A program made the position numbers and the translations under genes. Below the pieces are notes generated by a model. That model saw only the letters and a list, made by a program, of their open reading frames with translations. It ran no database searches and was not told the DNA's origin. Below, piece after piece: positions 37,851-48,337 of a stretch of DNA of 64,000 bases (within the stretch, counting starts at the first letter, position 1; each line of letters opens with the position of its first letter). The stretch lies in contig CAXXHO010000006.1 of NCBI GenBank assembly GCA_963667725.2, forward strand, positions 1 to 64,000. Direction: 5' to 3'. Source of the DNA: Treponemataceae bacterium. GTDB taxonomy: Bacteria > Spirochaetota > Spirochaetia > Treponematales > Rectinemataceae.

Positions 37851-39407
37851 ATGCGAACGATAACACGCGCCGCGAGGCTGATCCACGATATACTCAGGGA
37901 GAGGGCGCAAGACCGTCCCGATAAGGTGGCACTGATCTGCGACGGGAAGCGCCTGACGTATAAGCAAATCGATTTAATGTCCGACCGCCTGGCCAACGCG
38001 CTGAGGGAAAGAGGCGTGGGCGACGGAGACAGGGTCTTGTTCTACCTTCTCAACGGATGTGAACAGGTCGTGGGAATTTTCGCCGCATTGAAGGCGAACG
38101 CCGTATTCGTCGGCGTGGATGCAGGCAATACGTTCGATACACTAAAGAAGATAGCGGCGAATTGCGGGGCCGCGGGAATATTCTCCTACGCGCAAAAGGC
38201 ATCGGCGCTCGTGGACCTCTTTGAGCAAGTCCCGTCTTTGCGAGTGGCCGTCCTTGCCGGGACGCCCGGCGGCGGGCTTCCTGAGCGCTTCCTTTGGTTC
38301 GACAAGATCCAGGAGGACTATTCCCCTAAACCAATACCCTGCGCCAGGATAGATGGAGATCTCGCATATCTCATCTATACTTCAGGCAGTACCGGCGAGT
38401 CCAAGGGTGTCATGGTGACGCATCGCAGCATCCTCTTCACTATCAGGAGCGGGATCGAATACTTCAGCCTGTCGGAAGACGACATACAACTCAGCCCGCT
38501 CCAATTGTCTTTCAGCCCGGGGATAAACCAGTTGCTCCAGGCATTCTTGGCGGGCGGTACCTTGATCCTTGAGAAATCGCTGGCTTTCCCGACCGCGACA
38601 CTTAAGAAGATGGAGACGGAAAAGGCCACCGGGTTTTCGGCAGTTCCGACCATGATCTCGCTTTTAATGCAGCAAGATCTCTCCCGATACGACTTGAGCC
38701 GGCTCAGGTACGTCACGAGCATCGGTGCGGCGCTTCCCCCTGCGCTTATAGAAAGGATTCGGAAAGCCCTGCCCAATGCGTCTATATACTCATATTACGG
38801 CATGGCCGAGGCGTCCTATTCTCTCGGTCTCGATCCGCAACAGATCGATTCCCGGCCGACTTCGGTCGGGAAACCCTTCCCTGGCACCCAGGCGTGGATA
38901 ATCGATGAGAATGGCAATCGCTTGCCGCCCGAGGCAGTTGGCGAGCTAATCCTTCGCGGAAGCCATGTAAGAAGCGGATATTGGAATTCTCCCGAAGCTA
39001 CCGCGAAACGTTTCTGGCCTGGACTCTTGCCGGGAGAGACAGTCTGCCACACGGGCGACATGTTCAAGACCGATGCGGAGGGATTCTTCTATTTTATCGG
39101 CCGAAGCGACGAAATCATCAAGAGCGGAGCCAAGAAGGTAGTGCCTAAGGAAATCGAGAATGCGCTCTATGCTATGGAAGGCGTCGTGGAGGCGGCGGTG
39201 ATCGGCATACCCGATCCGATATTGGGTCAGGCGATCAAAGCATTTATCGTGCCTGAGGAGAGCGCTCGTTCTTCGATGACAGCGGAGAACGTGCTTCAGC
39301 ATTGCCGCAAGAATCTCGAAGCTTACAAGGTGCCTCGGGAAGTTGAGATTTGCGAATGCCTGCCGAAGACTTCAAGCGGCAAGATAGCCAAGAAAAGCCT
39401 AGCCTAG
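37851..39407 (+). CDS. Class I adenylate-forming enzyme (acyl-CoA/acyl-ACP ligase family)
   Basis: YTSGSTGESKGV, YGMAE, HTGD, FIGRSD, LPKTSSGK. Confidence 0.93.
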   Translation: MRTITRAARLIHDILRERAQDRPDKVALICDGKRLTYKQIDLMSDRLANALRERGVGDGDRVLFYLLNGCEQVVGIFAALKANAVFVGVDAGNTFDTLKKIAANCGAAGIFSYAQKASALVDLFEQVPSLRVAVLAGTPGGGLPERFLWFDKIQEDYSPKPIPCARIDGDLAYLIYTSGSTGESKGVMVTHRSILFTIRSGIEYFSLSEDDIQLSPLQLSFSPGINQLLQAFLAGGTLILEKSLAFPTATLKKMETEKATGFSAVPTMISLLMQQDLSRYDLSRLRYVTSIGAALPPALIERIRKALPNASIYSYYGMAEASYSLGLDPQQIDSRPTSVGKPFPGTQAWIIDENGNRLPPEAVGELILRGSHVRSGYWNSPEATAKRFWPGLLPGETVCHTGDMFKTDAEGFFYFIGRSDEIIKSGAKKVVPKEIENALYAMEGVVEAAVIGIPDPILGQAIKAFIVPEESARSSMTAENVLQHCRKNLEAYKVPREVEICECLPKTSSGKIAKKSLA

Positions 39408-39418
39408 GAGGCGGCCTC

Positions 39419-40099
39419 ATGGAAAGGATTATTCTCTTTGGGGACTCGGCTGGAGCCAAGCTTGCTCACTTTGCGCTTTCCAGGGATCCGAATTATCAAG
39501 TTGTCGCTTTCACGGTAGATAGGGCTTATCTTAAGGACGCAACCTTCCTTGGGCTCCCTGTTGTCGCTTTCGACGAAGTGCAGGATGCTTTTCCCCCGCA
39601 GCAGTGCAAGATGTTCATAGCCATCTATGCGAACGGCATGAACAAGCTGCGGGCGGAGCGATGTGCTCAGGCGAAGGAGAAAGGCTATTCTCTCATCAGC
39701 TACGTGCACCCCCAGGCTATCGTAGCACAGGATCTGGAGATGGGAGAGAATTGCTACATAAGCGAGGGTGTCGTTTGCAGACCGTTCGTGAAGCTTGAGG
39801 ATGACGTTCTGTTGATGCCTGGTGTCTTTGTTGGACACGATACGGTCATCATGTCGCATTGTTTCATAGGCGCGCGGGCGGTAATCATGGGCGCGAACGT
39901 AGTCGAGCCGTTTTGCTTCGTAGGTCCTAACGCTACGGTGATGGATCAGCATAGGATTGGTTCGGAAAGCTTTATCGGTGGCGGAGTCGTACTCCAGAAA
40001 GATTCAAAGGAGAAGGAAGTCTATAGGGCGCCTGAGCCGATTTTGATGCCGCTCAGCAGCGATAAACTAGTCAAATTGGCATTCAGGAGGCGTGTATGA
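39419..40099 (+). CDS. Hexapeptide-repeat (NeuD/PglD/VioB-like) sugar acyltransferase, paralog 1
   Basis: GGAGG RBS; VVAFTVD, GLPVVAF, KEKGY, hexapeptide repeats with VGHD. Confidence 0.88.
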   Translation: MERIILFGDSAGAKLAHFALSRDPNYQVVAFTVDRAYLKDATFLGLPVVAFDEVQDAFPPQQCKMFIAIYANGMNKLRAERCAQAKEKGYSLISYVHPQAIVAQDLEMGENCYISEGVVCRPFVKLEDDVLLMPGVFVGHDTVIMSHCFIGARAVIMGANVVEPFCFVGPNATVMDQHRIGSESFIGGGVVLQKDSKEKEVYRAPEPILMPLSSDKLVKLAFRRRV

Positions 40100-40344
40100 T
40101 CGAGAAGAGCATCATCAGGGATTTCCTTGGGAATCGATCCGGCAAGAAGGACCAGTTCACCGATGATGAATCCTTGCTCGCGGCGCAGATCATTGATTCT
40201 CTGGCGATTGCGGAGCTTATTGTATTTCTGCAGGATACTTACGGAGTGGAGTTTGATGCCGATGAGCTGACGCCCGACAATTTCGAAACGGTCAATGCGA
40301 TGGCCGCTTGTCTGGAGCGCAAAGGTGTATCCAGCCTCTGCTGA
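40096..40344 (+). CDS. Acyl carrier protein
   Basis: 82 aa acidic protein; IIDSLAI phosphopantetheine Ser motif; ELTPDNFETV. Confidence 0.88.
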   Translation: MIEKSIIRDFLGNRSGKKDQFTDDESLLAAQIIDSLAIAELIVFLQDTYGVEFDADELTPDNFETVNAMAACLERKGVSSLC

Positions 40345-40372
40345 GGCGCTTCCCGATAAAAAGAAGGTGTCG

Positions 40373-41053
40373 ATGAAAAGATTGATAATCTACGGAACTT
40401 CTCCTGCGGCGATCCAGAGCCACTATGACTTTACAGCCGATTCGGATTACGAAGTCGTTGCCTTCACGGCGGAGCGGAAAGCTCTTTCAGGAGAAACGCT
40501 TCTTGGACTGCCGGTCGTAGCGTTTGAAGATATAGAACAGATATACCCTCCCGCTGAATACAATATGTTCATAGCAGTATACTTTAATAGGGTGAATGCG
40601 GTCAGGCGTCAAAAATATGAAGAAGCGAAAAGGAAAGGGTATACGTTAGCGAATTATATCAGCTCCAAGGCGATCGTCTGGCCGGAACTGATCCTCGGCG
40701 AGAACTGCATGATATGCGACGGCGCGAACGTTAGGCCCTTTACTAGAATCGGGAATGATACCTTCATCATGCCCGGTGCCGTAGTCGGTCACGACGTGGC
40801 AGTGGGGGATCACTGCTACTTGGCGATTCATGCGGTGCTCCTGGCGGGATCGGCGGTGGAATCGGGGTGTGTGATTGGAGCGAATTCCACGATCTTGAAC
40901 GGGGTAAAGGTGGCTGTCGACTGCGTTGTGAGCGCGGGAGCGGTAATAAGCAAGAATACAAAGGAAAAAGGTGTTTACACGGTAGCGGAGCCGATCCTTC
41001 AGCCTCTGGGAAGCGACAAGCTTGCGAATGTCCTCTTCAGAAACCAAGTCTGA
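40373..41053 (+). CDS. Hexapeptide-repeat sugar acyltransferase, paralog 2
   Basis: VVAFTAE, GLPVVAF, KRKGY, VGHD; colinear with 39419-40099. Confidence 0.88.
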   Translation: MKRLIIYGTSPAAIQSHYDFTADSDYEVVAFTAERKALSGETLLGLPVVAFEDIEQIYPPAEYNMFIAVYFNRVNAVRRQKYEEAKRKGYTLANYISSKAIVWPELILGENCMICDGANVRPFTRIGNDTFIMPGAVVGHDVAVGDHCYLAIHAVLLAGSAVESGCVIGANSTILNGVKVAVDCVVSAGAVISKNTKEKGVYTVAEPILQPLGSDKLANVLFRNQV

Positions 41054-41074
41054 TATGGGCAAGAGGCTTTCCTG

Positions 41075-41989
41075 ATGGCAGAAAGAGGCCATGGCGCCTC
41101 GGCGCGCTTCCTTTTAGCGGCTGGGGGTGAAATACGCCGACTGTCTACCCGATGGCTCATTAAGTGGCAGCGAAAAGCCTGTTGGGCAAAGATGGATGCA
41201 AAGCTTCTCGGAACAGCAAAGCGACTCGAAATTATCCCTTTATACGAAGCCGAGGGGAATAGGGATTACCAATGCGGGGCTGGGGTATCCTATTTGATCC
41301 GTACCGATCGATCGACTATCCTTTTCGATCTTGGCAACAACCCAAAAGCGCTGTCGCCCTCCCCGCTTGCGATGAACATGGCGGCTCTCGGCATCGCCAT
41401 GGATGATATTGATATGATCTTCCTTTCGCATCGGCATCCGGACCACGTCGGCGGATGGAAGTGGTGGAAGAAACGGACATTTTCAACCGACGGCGAGGAA
41501 CAATCTAACCTGGGCGACATGCCAGTTTACTCCAGCGATAGATTGCGGTATCCCGCTAAAGAGGTCACAGCCATCCATGCACCTCGGCGCCTTTCTGAAG
41601 GGGTGGCCAGCGTCGGACCCTTCGCATTCTTCGAGCCTTACCCTTCAATGAGCTCCCTACCCAACTATTCCGAGCAGGCTTTGGCGGTGAACGTACTTGG
41701 CCTAGGGCTCGTCCTGATCGTCGGCTGCGGACATATGGGCGTTGAGGTGTTGCTGGAACGTGCGGCTGCCGTGTTCGACATTCCTGTCAGGGGGATTGTC
41801 GGAGGGCTCCACTATATGGAGTTATCGTCAGAAGCGCTGAATCCTGATGTCGAGCGCATCGCGCGGACGCGGCCCGCAGTAATAGCGGTGTCATCCCATG
41901 ATAGCGGACCGGCCGCGGTTGGAGCTTTCGCCCATGCGTTTCCTGAAGAGTTCAGGCATGTCCGGGTTGGTGAAGCGATCCGTTTTTAA
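41075..41989 (+). CDS. MBL-fold metallo-hydrolase
   Basis: ILFDLG, SHRHPDHVGG, EQAL, GCGH, GGLH; the start may be downstream (about 41192). Confidence 0.85.
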   Translation: MAERGHGASARFLLAAGGEIRRLSTRWLIKWQRKACWAKMDAKLLGTAKRLEIIPLYEAEGNRDYQCGAGVSYLIRTDRSTILFDLGNNPKALSPSPLAMNMAALGIAMDDIDMIFLSHRHPDHVGGWKWWKKRTFSTDGEEQSNLGDMPVYSSDRLRYPAKEVTAIHAPRRLSEGVASVGPFAFFEPYPSMSSLPNYSEQALAVNVLGLGLVLIVGCGHMGVEVLLERAAAVFDIPVRGIVGGLHYMELSSEALNPDVERIARTRPAVIAVSSHDSGPAAVGAFAHAFPEEFRHVRVGEAIRF

Positions 41990-42333
41990 TCGATTGAAAC
42001 TGCCATGGCGATGACCTGCTCGCCGAGGATGCTGGTGGAGACCATGAATCGTTCATCTCCGCCTTCGACCGAAGCGATGAACTTTCCCGTACCCATATAT
42101 GCCACATTGATCCTATGGAAATCAGCCAATGAGAGCGATTGACGCGATGCCTTGATTACCGATTCCTTCGCGGCGAAAAGTTCCGAGACTATGGAATCGA
42201 CGTTTTCCGGACATAAATTCTTTAATAATTGGGCTTCCTGATAGGTGAGGACTTCCTCGATGAAGGATTGCGCGTGTTTCTCCCGTAGAATTCGCGCGAG
42301 TCTTGCTATTTCAACGATATCGATACCTATCAA
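41986..42333 (-). CDS. acpS: Holo-ACP synthase (AcpS-type 4'-phosphopantetheinyl transferase)
   Basis: IGIDIVEIARL, FAAKESVIKA; GAGGA RBS before TTG. Confidence 0.82.
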   Translation of the reverse strand: MIGIDIVEIARLARILREKHAQSFIEEVLTYQEAQLLKNLCPENVDSIVSELFAAKESVIKASRQSLSLADFHRINVAYMGTGKFIASVEGGDERFMVSTSILGEQVIAMAVSID

Positions 42334-42478
42334 TGTCCTCGATTCCTTTTTTCCAACATCCGCGGATATGCCTTTATGTGAAATTTTGCGGTGCGTGTTA
42401 TATTAGCGTAACCAGAGATGTATTGAAAAGGTATTAATGATTACAGTCCGGGTTGCACGGATAGCGCTTTGAATCTAC

Positions 42479-42499
42479 AATGTTCAATAATTGAACATT
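42479..42499. promoter_or_regulatory. Perfect palindrome, candidate regulator site
   Basis: AATGTTCAAT-A-ATTGAACATT in the divergent intergenic region. Confidence 0.5.
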
Positions 42500-42621
42500 C
42501 TTCGACCTTTTTTATAGGTCGGCTGATGTCTTTGGAGATTAGCGTGTTCCGGCCGCGATCTCTATACCCAATCGAATTCTTTTATCAAAATCGCCGATAA
42601 TTGCTTATCGGAGGGGTGGTT

Positions 42622-43851
42622 ATGAACACCGAAGAGTGCTCGGCCGAGGATTTTCTAGAGTCTCCCGCGAGAATGTTCATGCAGAGTTTTGGTATCCAGC
42701 ATCAGGGACATGTTCGTTCTCCGCTTAGGATATGTCCTCTTGGGGCGCATATTGATCATCAAGGGGGTCTTGTAACTGGGATGGCCCTTGATGTTGGTGT
42801 AGATTTGCTTTATTCGCCTGAAGATGATGGCTATGTCCGAGTGCAAAGTATGGACTTCCCTGACGAGGAGTTTTTTTCTATAGATAACGTTCCAGAAATG
42901 CTCCCGGGCTTCTGGGGAAACTATCTGCGCGGTTCTGTATTGGCGCTTTCAAGGGATTTTAAGCTAAAGAAAGGATTGCGCGGTTTGATTAGGGGTAAGT
43001 TGCCCATGGGGGGCTTATCTTCGTCCGCTGCGGTAACGACCGCCTACCTGATGGCCTTGGCGGATGTCAATCACATTGATCTTGCCAAAGAAACCCTGAT
43101 CCGATACAGCCACTGGGTCGAGAACGCTTTCATCGGCTTGAAGAACGGAATATTGGATCAATCAGCGAACATCCTAAGCCGGGATGGCTTCCTCATGAAA
43201 ATGGATTGCGCGACGGGCGAATGGGATCTCATACCGAAGAATCCTGCCATGCCAGAGTTCGTGGTTGTGATTGTCAATTCAGGGTTCACGAAAGCCCTCA
43301 TTGGCACGGATTATAACAATCGAGTGGATGAGTGCAAGATCGCAGCCTCAATTCTTGAGGAAATGGCTCGCGGAATCGCGACACCTTATAAAGATATCAG
43401 GCTTAGGGAAATTTCGCCCGATGAATGGGCAAAATTCCAGGGGGGGCTTCCTGGAAGGTATTTCCGACGCGCGAGGCATTTCTTCACGGAAAACGGAAGG
43501 GTGCTAAAAGGAATCGAAGCGTGGCGACACGGCGATATCGGAACTTTCGGAGAATGTATGAGGGAGTCGGGCGAAAGCTCTGTTTTTGACTATGAGTGTG
43601 GTTCGCCAGAACTGATAACCATTTTTAACGCGCTTAAGGATTCACCAGGCGTCTACGGGGCTCGATTCAGTGGCGCTGGATATCGCGGTTGTTGCATAGG
43701 GCTCGCAGATCCGATTTATATGGATGAGATTGAGGCTAGGGTGACTGATGCTTATTTAAGCAGACATCCAGAATACACAGAGAAGTATAAAGTCCATTTT
43801 TGCGGGACTGCGGATGGAGCCACCTACATAAATCGCTGCACTGGCGGCTGA
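42622..43851 (+). CDS. GHMP sugar-1-kinase, galactokinase/galacturonokinase-like
   Basis: SPLRICPLGAHIDHQGG, GGLSSSAA, GLKNGILDQ, YNNRVDEC, GARFSGAGYRGC; GGAGG RBS. Confidence 0.88.
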   Translation: MNTEECSAEDFLESPARMFMQSFGIQHQGHVRSPLRICPLGAHIDHQGGLVTGMALDVGVDLLYSPEDDGYVRVQSMDFPDEEFFSIDNVPEMLPGFWGNYLRGSVLALSRDFKLKKGLRGLIRGKLPMGGLSSSAAVTTAYLMALADVNHIDLAKETLIRYSHWVENAFIGLKNGILDQSANILSRDGFLMKMDCATGEWDLIPKNPAMPEFVVVIVNSGFTKALIGTDYNNRVDECKIAASILEEMARGIATPYKDIRLREISPDEWAKFQGGLPGRYFRRARHFFTENGRVLKGIEAWRHGDIGTFGECMRESGESSVFDYECGSPELITIFNALKDSPGVYGARFSGAGYRGCCIGLADPIYMDEIEARVTDAYLSRHPEYTEKYKVHFCGTADGATYINRCTGG

Positions 43852-43855
43852 ACCG

Positions 43856-44590
43856 ATGCGTTGCGTACTTCTCGCTGCTGGGTATGCCACTCGGCTATTC
43901 CCTCTGACTAAAGACTTGCCAAAGAGTCTCTTATCCATTGCAGGTAAGACAATTCTCGAACACTTGATCACGAAGATCAGGGAAGTCCGAGAGATTGACG
44001 AGATTGTATTGGTAACAAATGATCGTTTCGTCGGTCAGTTTAGGTCTTTTCTTCAGTGTCTTGACGACTCTGGGATATTGGTTGTCAATGACGGGACGAG
44101 AGACAATGAACACCGATTGGGAGCGATTGGAGATGTCGCGATCGCTGTTCGAGCTGGTAATATAAACGATGACCTTATGGTCCTGGCGGGCGATAATCTC
44201 TTTGACTTTAGCTTAGTCAATTTCGTTGACTTCTTTCATTCATCAGGCACAGACTGTGTGACAGCATATGCGGAATCCAGGGTAGATGCGCTTAGGAGGA
44301 CTGGCGTAGCTGAGATCGATGCCCTGGGAAGGGTGTTGTCTTTCGAGGAGAAGCCGATAAACCCGAGGTTCAATGATGCTGTTCCTCCTTTCTACATATA
44401 TAGGAAAGAGACAGTCGGACTCCTTGATAGATATTTGCTTGAGGGGAATGATCCGGATGCGCCGGGACGATTTATAGCCTGGCTTGTCAATAAGTATCCG
44501 GTTTCGGCATTTCGGTTTTCTGGAAGGCGATATGATATAGGCACGCTGGAAAGCTATAAGGAAGCCCAGGATGTCTATGCTCAATTATAA
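43856..44590 (+). CDS. Sugar-phosphate nucleotidyltransferase family protein
   Basis: LAAGYATRLFPLTKDLPKSLL, AGDNLF, FEEKP, YDIGT. Confidence 0.9.
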   Translation: MRCVLLAAGYATRLFPLTKDLPKSLLSIAGKTILEHLITKIREVREIDEIVLVTNDRFVGQFRSFLQCLDDSGILVVNDGTRDNEHRLGAIGDVAIAVRAGNINDDLMVLAGDNLFDFSLVNFVDFFHSSGTDCVTAYAESRVDALRRTGVAEIDALGRVLSFEEKPINPRFNDAVPPFYIYRKETVGLLDRYLLEGNDPDAPGRFIAWLVNKYPVSAFRFSGRRYDIGTLESYKEAQDVYAQL

Positions 44591-44606
44591 GGTGAAAGGG
44601 CATTAA

Positions 44607-45929
44607 ATGGCATCCATTTGCGTACTTGGCGCAGGCTATGTAGGGCTAGTCTCTGGGGCTTGCCTGGCTGATTTTGGCAATATCGTTGTATGTGTTGATA
44701 CAAATACATCGAAAATTGAGAAACTCAAGGCGGGTATTGTCCCGATATATGAACCAGGTCTTGAAGATGTGGTTCGAAGGAATGTCCAATCGGGCCGGCT
44801 TTCTTTCTCTACCGATGCGCTTCCTGCAATCCAGAAATGCGATGTTGTATTCATCGCGGTGGGTACGCCGCCGTCCGAAGATGGTTCGGCTGACCTGTCC
44901 TACGTGGAAGCTGCGGCACGCATGATTGGGCGGGCGATGTGTGGTTACAAGGTGGTAGTGGATAAAAGTACTGTCCCTATTGGCACCGCTCGGAAAGTCT
45001 CCGCCTGGATCGGTGAAGAAATAGCATTGCGAAACATATTCATTGCGTTTGATGTAGTCTCCAACCCTGAATTCCTGCGAGAAGGATCTGCTGTTTATGA
45101 TTTCATGCACCCAGATAGAGTTGTACTGGGGATCGAATCAGAACGATGCAAGGCGATCATGAAGGATGTCTATCGCTCCTTGTATCTGAATGAGACGCCA
45201 TTTGTCGAGACTAATCTCGAGACTGCGGAGATGATAAAATATGCTTCAAATTCCTTTTTAGCGGTGAAGATCACGTTTATAAACGAAATCGCTAATCTTT
45301 GCGAAGCGGTTGGCGCGGATGTCAAAGCGGTATCATTGGCGATGGGGAAAGATGGCCGGATAGGATCAAAATTCCTTCATCCCGGACCTGGCTATGGAGG
45401 TTCCTGTTTCCCGAAGGATACGCGAGCCTTGGCTGCGATCGCGAAGCGGTCAGGTGAAAGGCTTCGGATTGTTGATGCTGCCATTGAGGCGAACGAGGCG
45501 CAGAAAGCCCGAATGGCCGGCAAGATACTTCAGGCGTTGGGCGAACCGAAAGGCAAAGTCGTTGCGCTGCTCGGGCTTGCTTTTAAGCCAAACACGGATG
45601 ACATGAGAGAAGCCCCTTCATTGCACATTGTTCAGCGTCTTGTGGCGCTGGGCGTTTGTGTAAGGATCTATGATCCGGCAGCGATGCGCGAGGCTTCGTG
45701 GCGGCTCGCGGAATTTAGCCAAATGATCGTGTATTGCAGTAATGAGTATGAGGCAATGGAAGGCGCCGATGCCTTGGTGATCGCGACCGAATGGAACCAA
45801 TTCCGCAATCTTGATCTTGAGAAGGTTAAAGCTTTGCTTCGAACCTCAGTGATTCTTGATCTGCGCAATATTTATGATCGGGACATGGTCGAGAAGGCTG
45901 GATTCAGATATTTTTGTGTTGGTCGCTAG
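44607..45929 (+). CDS. ugd: UDP-glucose 6-dehydrogenase
   Basis: [48 protein letters not shown]. Confidence 0.93.
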   Translation: MASICVLGAGYVGLVSGACLADFGNIVVCVDTNTSKIEKLKAGIVPIYEPGLEDVVRRNVQSGRLSFSTDALPAIQKCDVVFIAVGTPPSEDGSADLSYVEAAARMIGRAMCGYKVVVDKSTVPIGTARKVSAWIGEEIALRNIFIAFDVVSNPEFLREGSAVYDFMHPDRVVLGIESERCKAIMKDVYRSLYLNETPFVETNLETAEMIKYASNSFLAVKITFINEIANLCEAVGADVKAVSLAMGKDGRIGSKFLHPGPGYGGSCFPKDTRALAAIAKRSGERLRIVDAAIEANEAQKARMAGKILQALGEPKGKVVALLGLAFKPNTDDMREAPSLHIVQRLVALGVCVRIYDPAAMREASWRLAEFSQMIVYCSNEYEAMEGADALVIATEWNQFRNLDLEKVKALLRTSVILDLRNIYDRDMVEKAGFRYFCVGR

Positions 45930-45978
45930 GTTTTGTAATATATTTGGCAAATACATAGATAAAAGCATGGAGGTTTAT

Positions 45979-47232
45979 GTGCAGGCGGTTAAAATCGGCA
46001 TCATTGGGCTTGGATATGTTGGATTGCCCTTGGCGGTTGAGTTTGGGAAAAAATTCGCAGTTGTTGGTTTCGACCTCAAGTTGTCCAGGATTGAAGAGCT
46101 TCAATCCGGTCGTGATTCGACATTGGAGACGACCTCCGAGCAATTAGCCTCTGCGGAATATTTGCTATTTACTGCGGATCCTTCAAGGCTCTCCGAGTGC
46201 AATCGATACATTGTGACTGTGCCGACGCCGGTCGATGAGCATAATGCCCCAGACCTTACGCCCATGCTGTCAGCAAGCGCCACCGTGGGGAAAGTTCTAA
46301 AAAAGGGTGACATAGTCATCTATGAGTCCACGGTCTATCCTGGGTGTACGGAGGAAGAGTGCGTGCCGATACTGGAGAAAGAGAGCGGCTTAAAATTCAA
46401 CGTCGATTTCTTCTGCGGCTATTCGCCTGAACGCATCAATCCTGGTGATAAGGAACACACGGTCACAAAGATTCGCAAGATTACTTCCGGATCTACGCCT
46501 GAATCAGCAGAGATGGTGGATGAGCTTTACAGGAGCATAATCGCGGCTGGCACTTTCAGGGCGTCCTCTATCAAGGTAGCCGAGGCAGCCAAGGTCATCG
46601 AGAACAGCCAACGCGATATTAACATAGCGTTCGTGAATGAATTGTCTATGATCTTCCATAAGCTTGGCATCGATACCCAGGAAGTCCTCGAGGCGGCTGG
46701 CACGAAATGGAATTTCCTGCATTTTAAGCCAGGCCTGGTAGGCGGGCACTGTATCGGTGTTGACCCTTTTTACCTTACCTATAGGGCGCAGGCGGCGGGC
46801 TACTATCCGGAGATTATTTTGGCCGGACGCAGACTTAATGATGGCATGCCAACCTACGTTGCCAATCGCGTCATAAAGCTCATGATTGGAAAAGGGCAAA
46901 AAATCGACGGGGCAAGAGTGCTCGTTCTTGGCGTCACCTTCAAAGAAAACTGCCCCGATATCCGCAACTCGAAGGTGATTGGAATCATCCGCGAGTTGCA
47001 GGAGTTCGGATGCCGTGTGGAGGCATATGATCCATGGGCAGATGCTGCGGATGTTAAACGGGAGTACGGTATCGCCCTCAACAGTCCCGAAGGCGCCTAC
47101 GATGCCATCATTCTTGCGGTCGCGCATGGAAAATTTTTGTCTCTTGACCTAGAGAGTCTCAAGAACGATAAAGCTGTAATTTTCGATGTCAAAGGTGCGC
47201 TTCTGGACCGTGTTGTGGATGGGAGGCTGTGA
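45979..47232 (+). CDS. UDP-N-acetylhexosamine 6-dehydrogenase (TviB/WbpO family)
   Basis: [53 protein letters not shown] before GTG 45979. Confidence 0.92.
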   Translation: MQAVKIGIIGLGYVGLPLAVEFGKKFAVVGFDLKLSRIEELQSGRDSTLETTSEQLASAEYLLFTADPSRLSECNRYIVTVPTPVDEHNAPDLTPMLSASATVGKVLKKGDIVIYESTVYPGCTEEECVPILEKESGLKFNVDFFCGYSPERINPGDKEHTVTKIRKITSGSTPESAEMVDELYRSIIAAGTFRASSIKVAEAAKVIENSQRDINIAFVNELSMIFHKLGIDTQEVLEAAGTKWNFLHFKPGLVGGHCIGVDPFYLTYRAQAAGYYPEIILAGRRLNDGMPTYVANRVIKLMIGKGQKIDGARVLVLGVTFKENCPDIRNSKVIGIIRELQEFGCRVEAYDPWADAADVKREYGIALNSPEGAYDAIILAVAHGKFLSLDLESLKNDKAVIFDVKGALLDRVVDGRL

Positions 47233-48287
47233 GCATGAAGGTTCTCGTGACAGGGGCGGCAGGATTTATCGGCTTCCATCTCATCCGATCGCTTCTGGAG
47301 CGAGGCGAGGAAGTCGTTGGCTTAGATTCCATAAACGATTACTATGATGTCTGCCTAAAATTCGCGCGGCTCGCAGAATGCGGGATTGGCTCCGAAGCCA
47401 GTGAATGGACTCGTGAAATCTCATCTACTAGATACAGCAGTTACCGTTTTATTCGGATGAAGCTCGAGGACAGGGAGAACCTTGCTAAACTTTTTGAGGC
47501 TGAGCGCTTTGATGTTGTGGTAAATCTGGCTGCTCAGGCTGGAGTTCGCTACAGCCTGACAAATCCCTACGCATACATTGATAGCAATATTCTCGGATTT
47601 ATGGGAGTACTCGAGAACTGCCGCCATGCAGGAGTGAAGCATCTCGTGTACGCTTCATCTTCGAGCGTGTATGGTCTCAACGAGAGAATGCCGTTTTCGA
47701 CCAATGATTCAGTAGATCATCCAATCAGCCTCTACGCGGCAAGCAAAAAAGCTAATGAACTGATGGCGCACTCCTATAGCCATCTCTTTGGGCTTCCTAC
47801 GACGGGCCTCCGATTCTTCACTGTCTACGGTCCCTGGGGAAGGCCCGACATGGCTTTGTTCATCTTTACAAAAGCGATTTTAGAAGGGCGACAGATTGAT
47901 GTATACAATAATGGCCATATGAAAAGGGATTTTACCTATGTTGACGATATTGTCTCGGGTATACGAGGAGTGTTGGACACTCCGCCGAAAGGTGATCCTG
48001 AATGGTCCGGCCTCACTCCGAATCCGGCTGCATCAAAAGCTCCGTACCGCATATTCAATATAGGCAACAGTACTCCGGTGCCTCTGATGGATTTTATAAA
48101 AGAAATAGAAAAAAATATTGGGAAACCGGCTAGCTTGAATTTCTTGCCGATGCAAGATGGCGATGTCCCTGCGACATGGGCGGATGTATCCCCAATCAGG
48201 GCGGAAACTGGGTATTCACCTAAAACGAAGGTCCCGGAAGGTATCGCTGCATTTGTCGCTTGGTATCGCCGCTACTATAACGTCTGA
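47229..48287 (+). CDS. UDP-glucuronate 4-epimerase-like NAD-dependent epimerase
   Basis: [43 protein letters not shown]. Confidence 0.92.
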   Translation: MSMKVLVTGAAGFIGFHLIRSLLERGEEVVGLDSINDYYDVCLKFARLAECGIGSEASEWTREISSTRYSSYRFIRMKLEDRENLAKLFEAERFDVVVNLAAQAGVRYSLTNPYAYIDSNILGFMGVLENCRHAGVKHLVYASSSSVYGLNERMPFSTNDSVDHPISLYAASKKANELMAHSYSHLFGLPTTGLRFFTVYGPWGRPDMALFIFTKAILEGRQIDVYNNGHMKRDFTYVDDIVSGIRGVLDTPPKGDPEWSGLTPNPAASKAPYRIFNIGNSTPVPLMDFIKEIEKNIGKPASLNFLPMQDGDVPATWADVSPIRAETGYSPKTKVPEGIAAFVAWYRRYYNV

Positions 48288-48337
48288 CTGATGCTCCCTG
48301 CCGCCATCCGGACGGTCTGCTGAAAGGAAGGATAATA

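Noticed and set aside
37851..42333. NRPS/PKS secondary-metabolite cluster
   Set aside because: No condensation or ketosynthase domain; the partners are sugar-acyltransferase and WbqC families adjacent to a polysaccharide locus.
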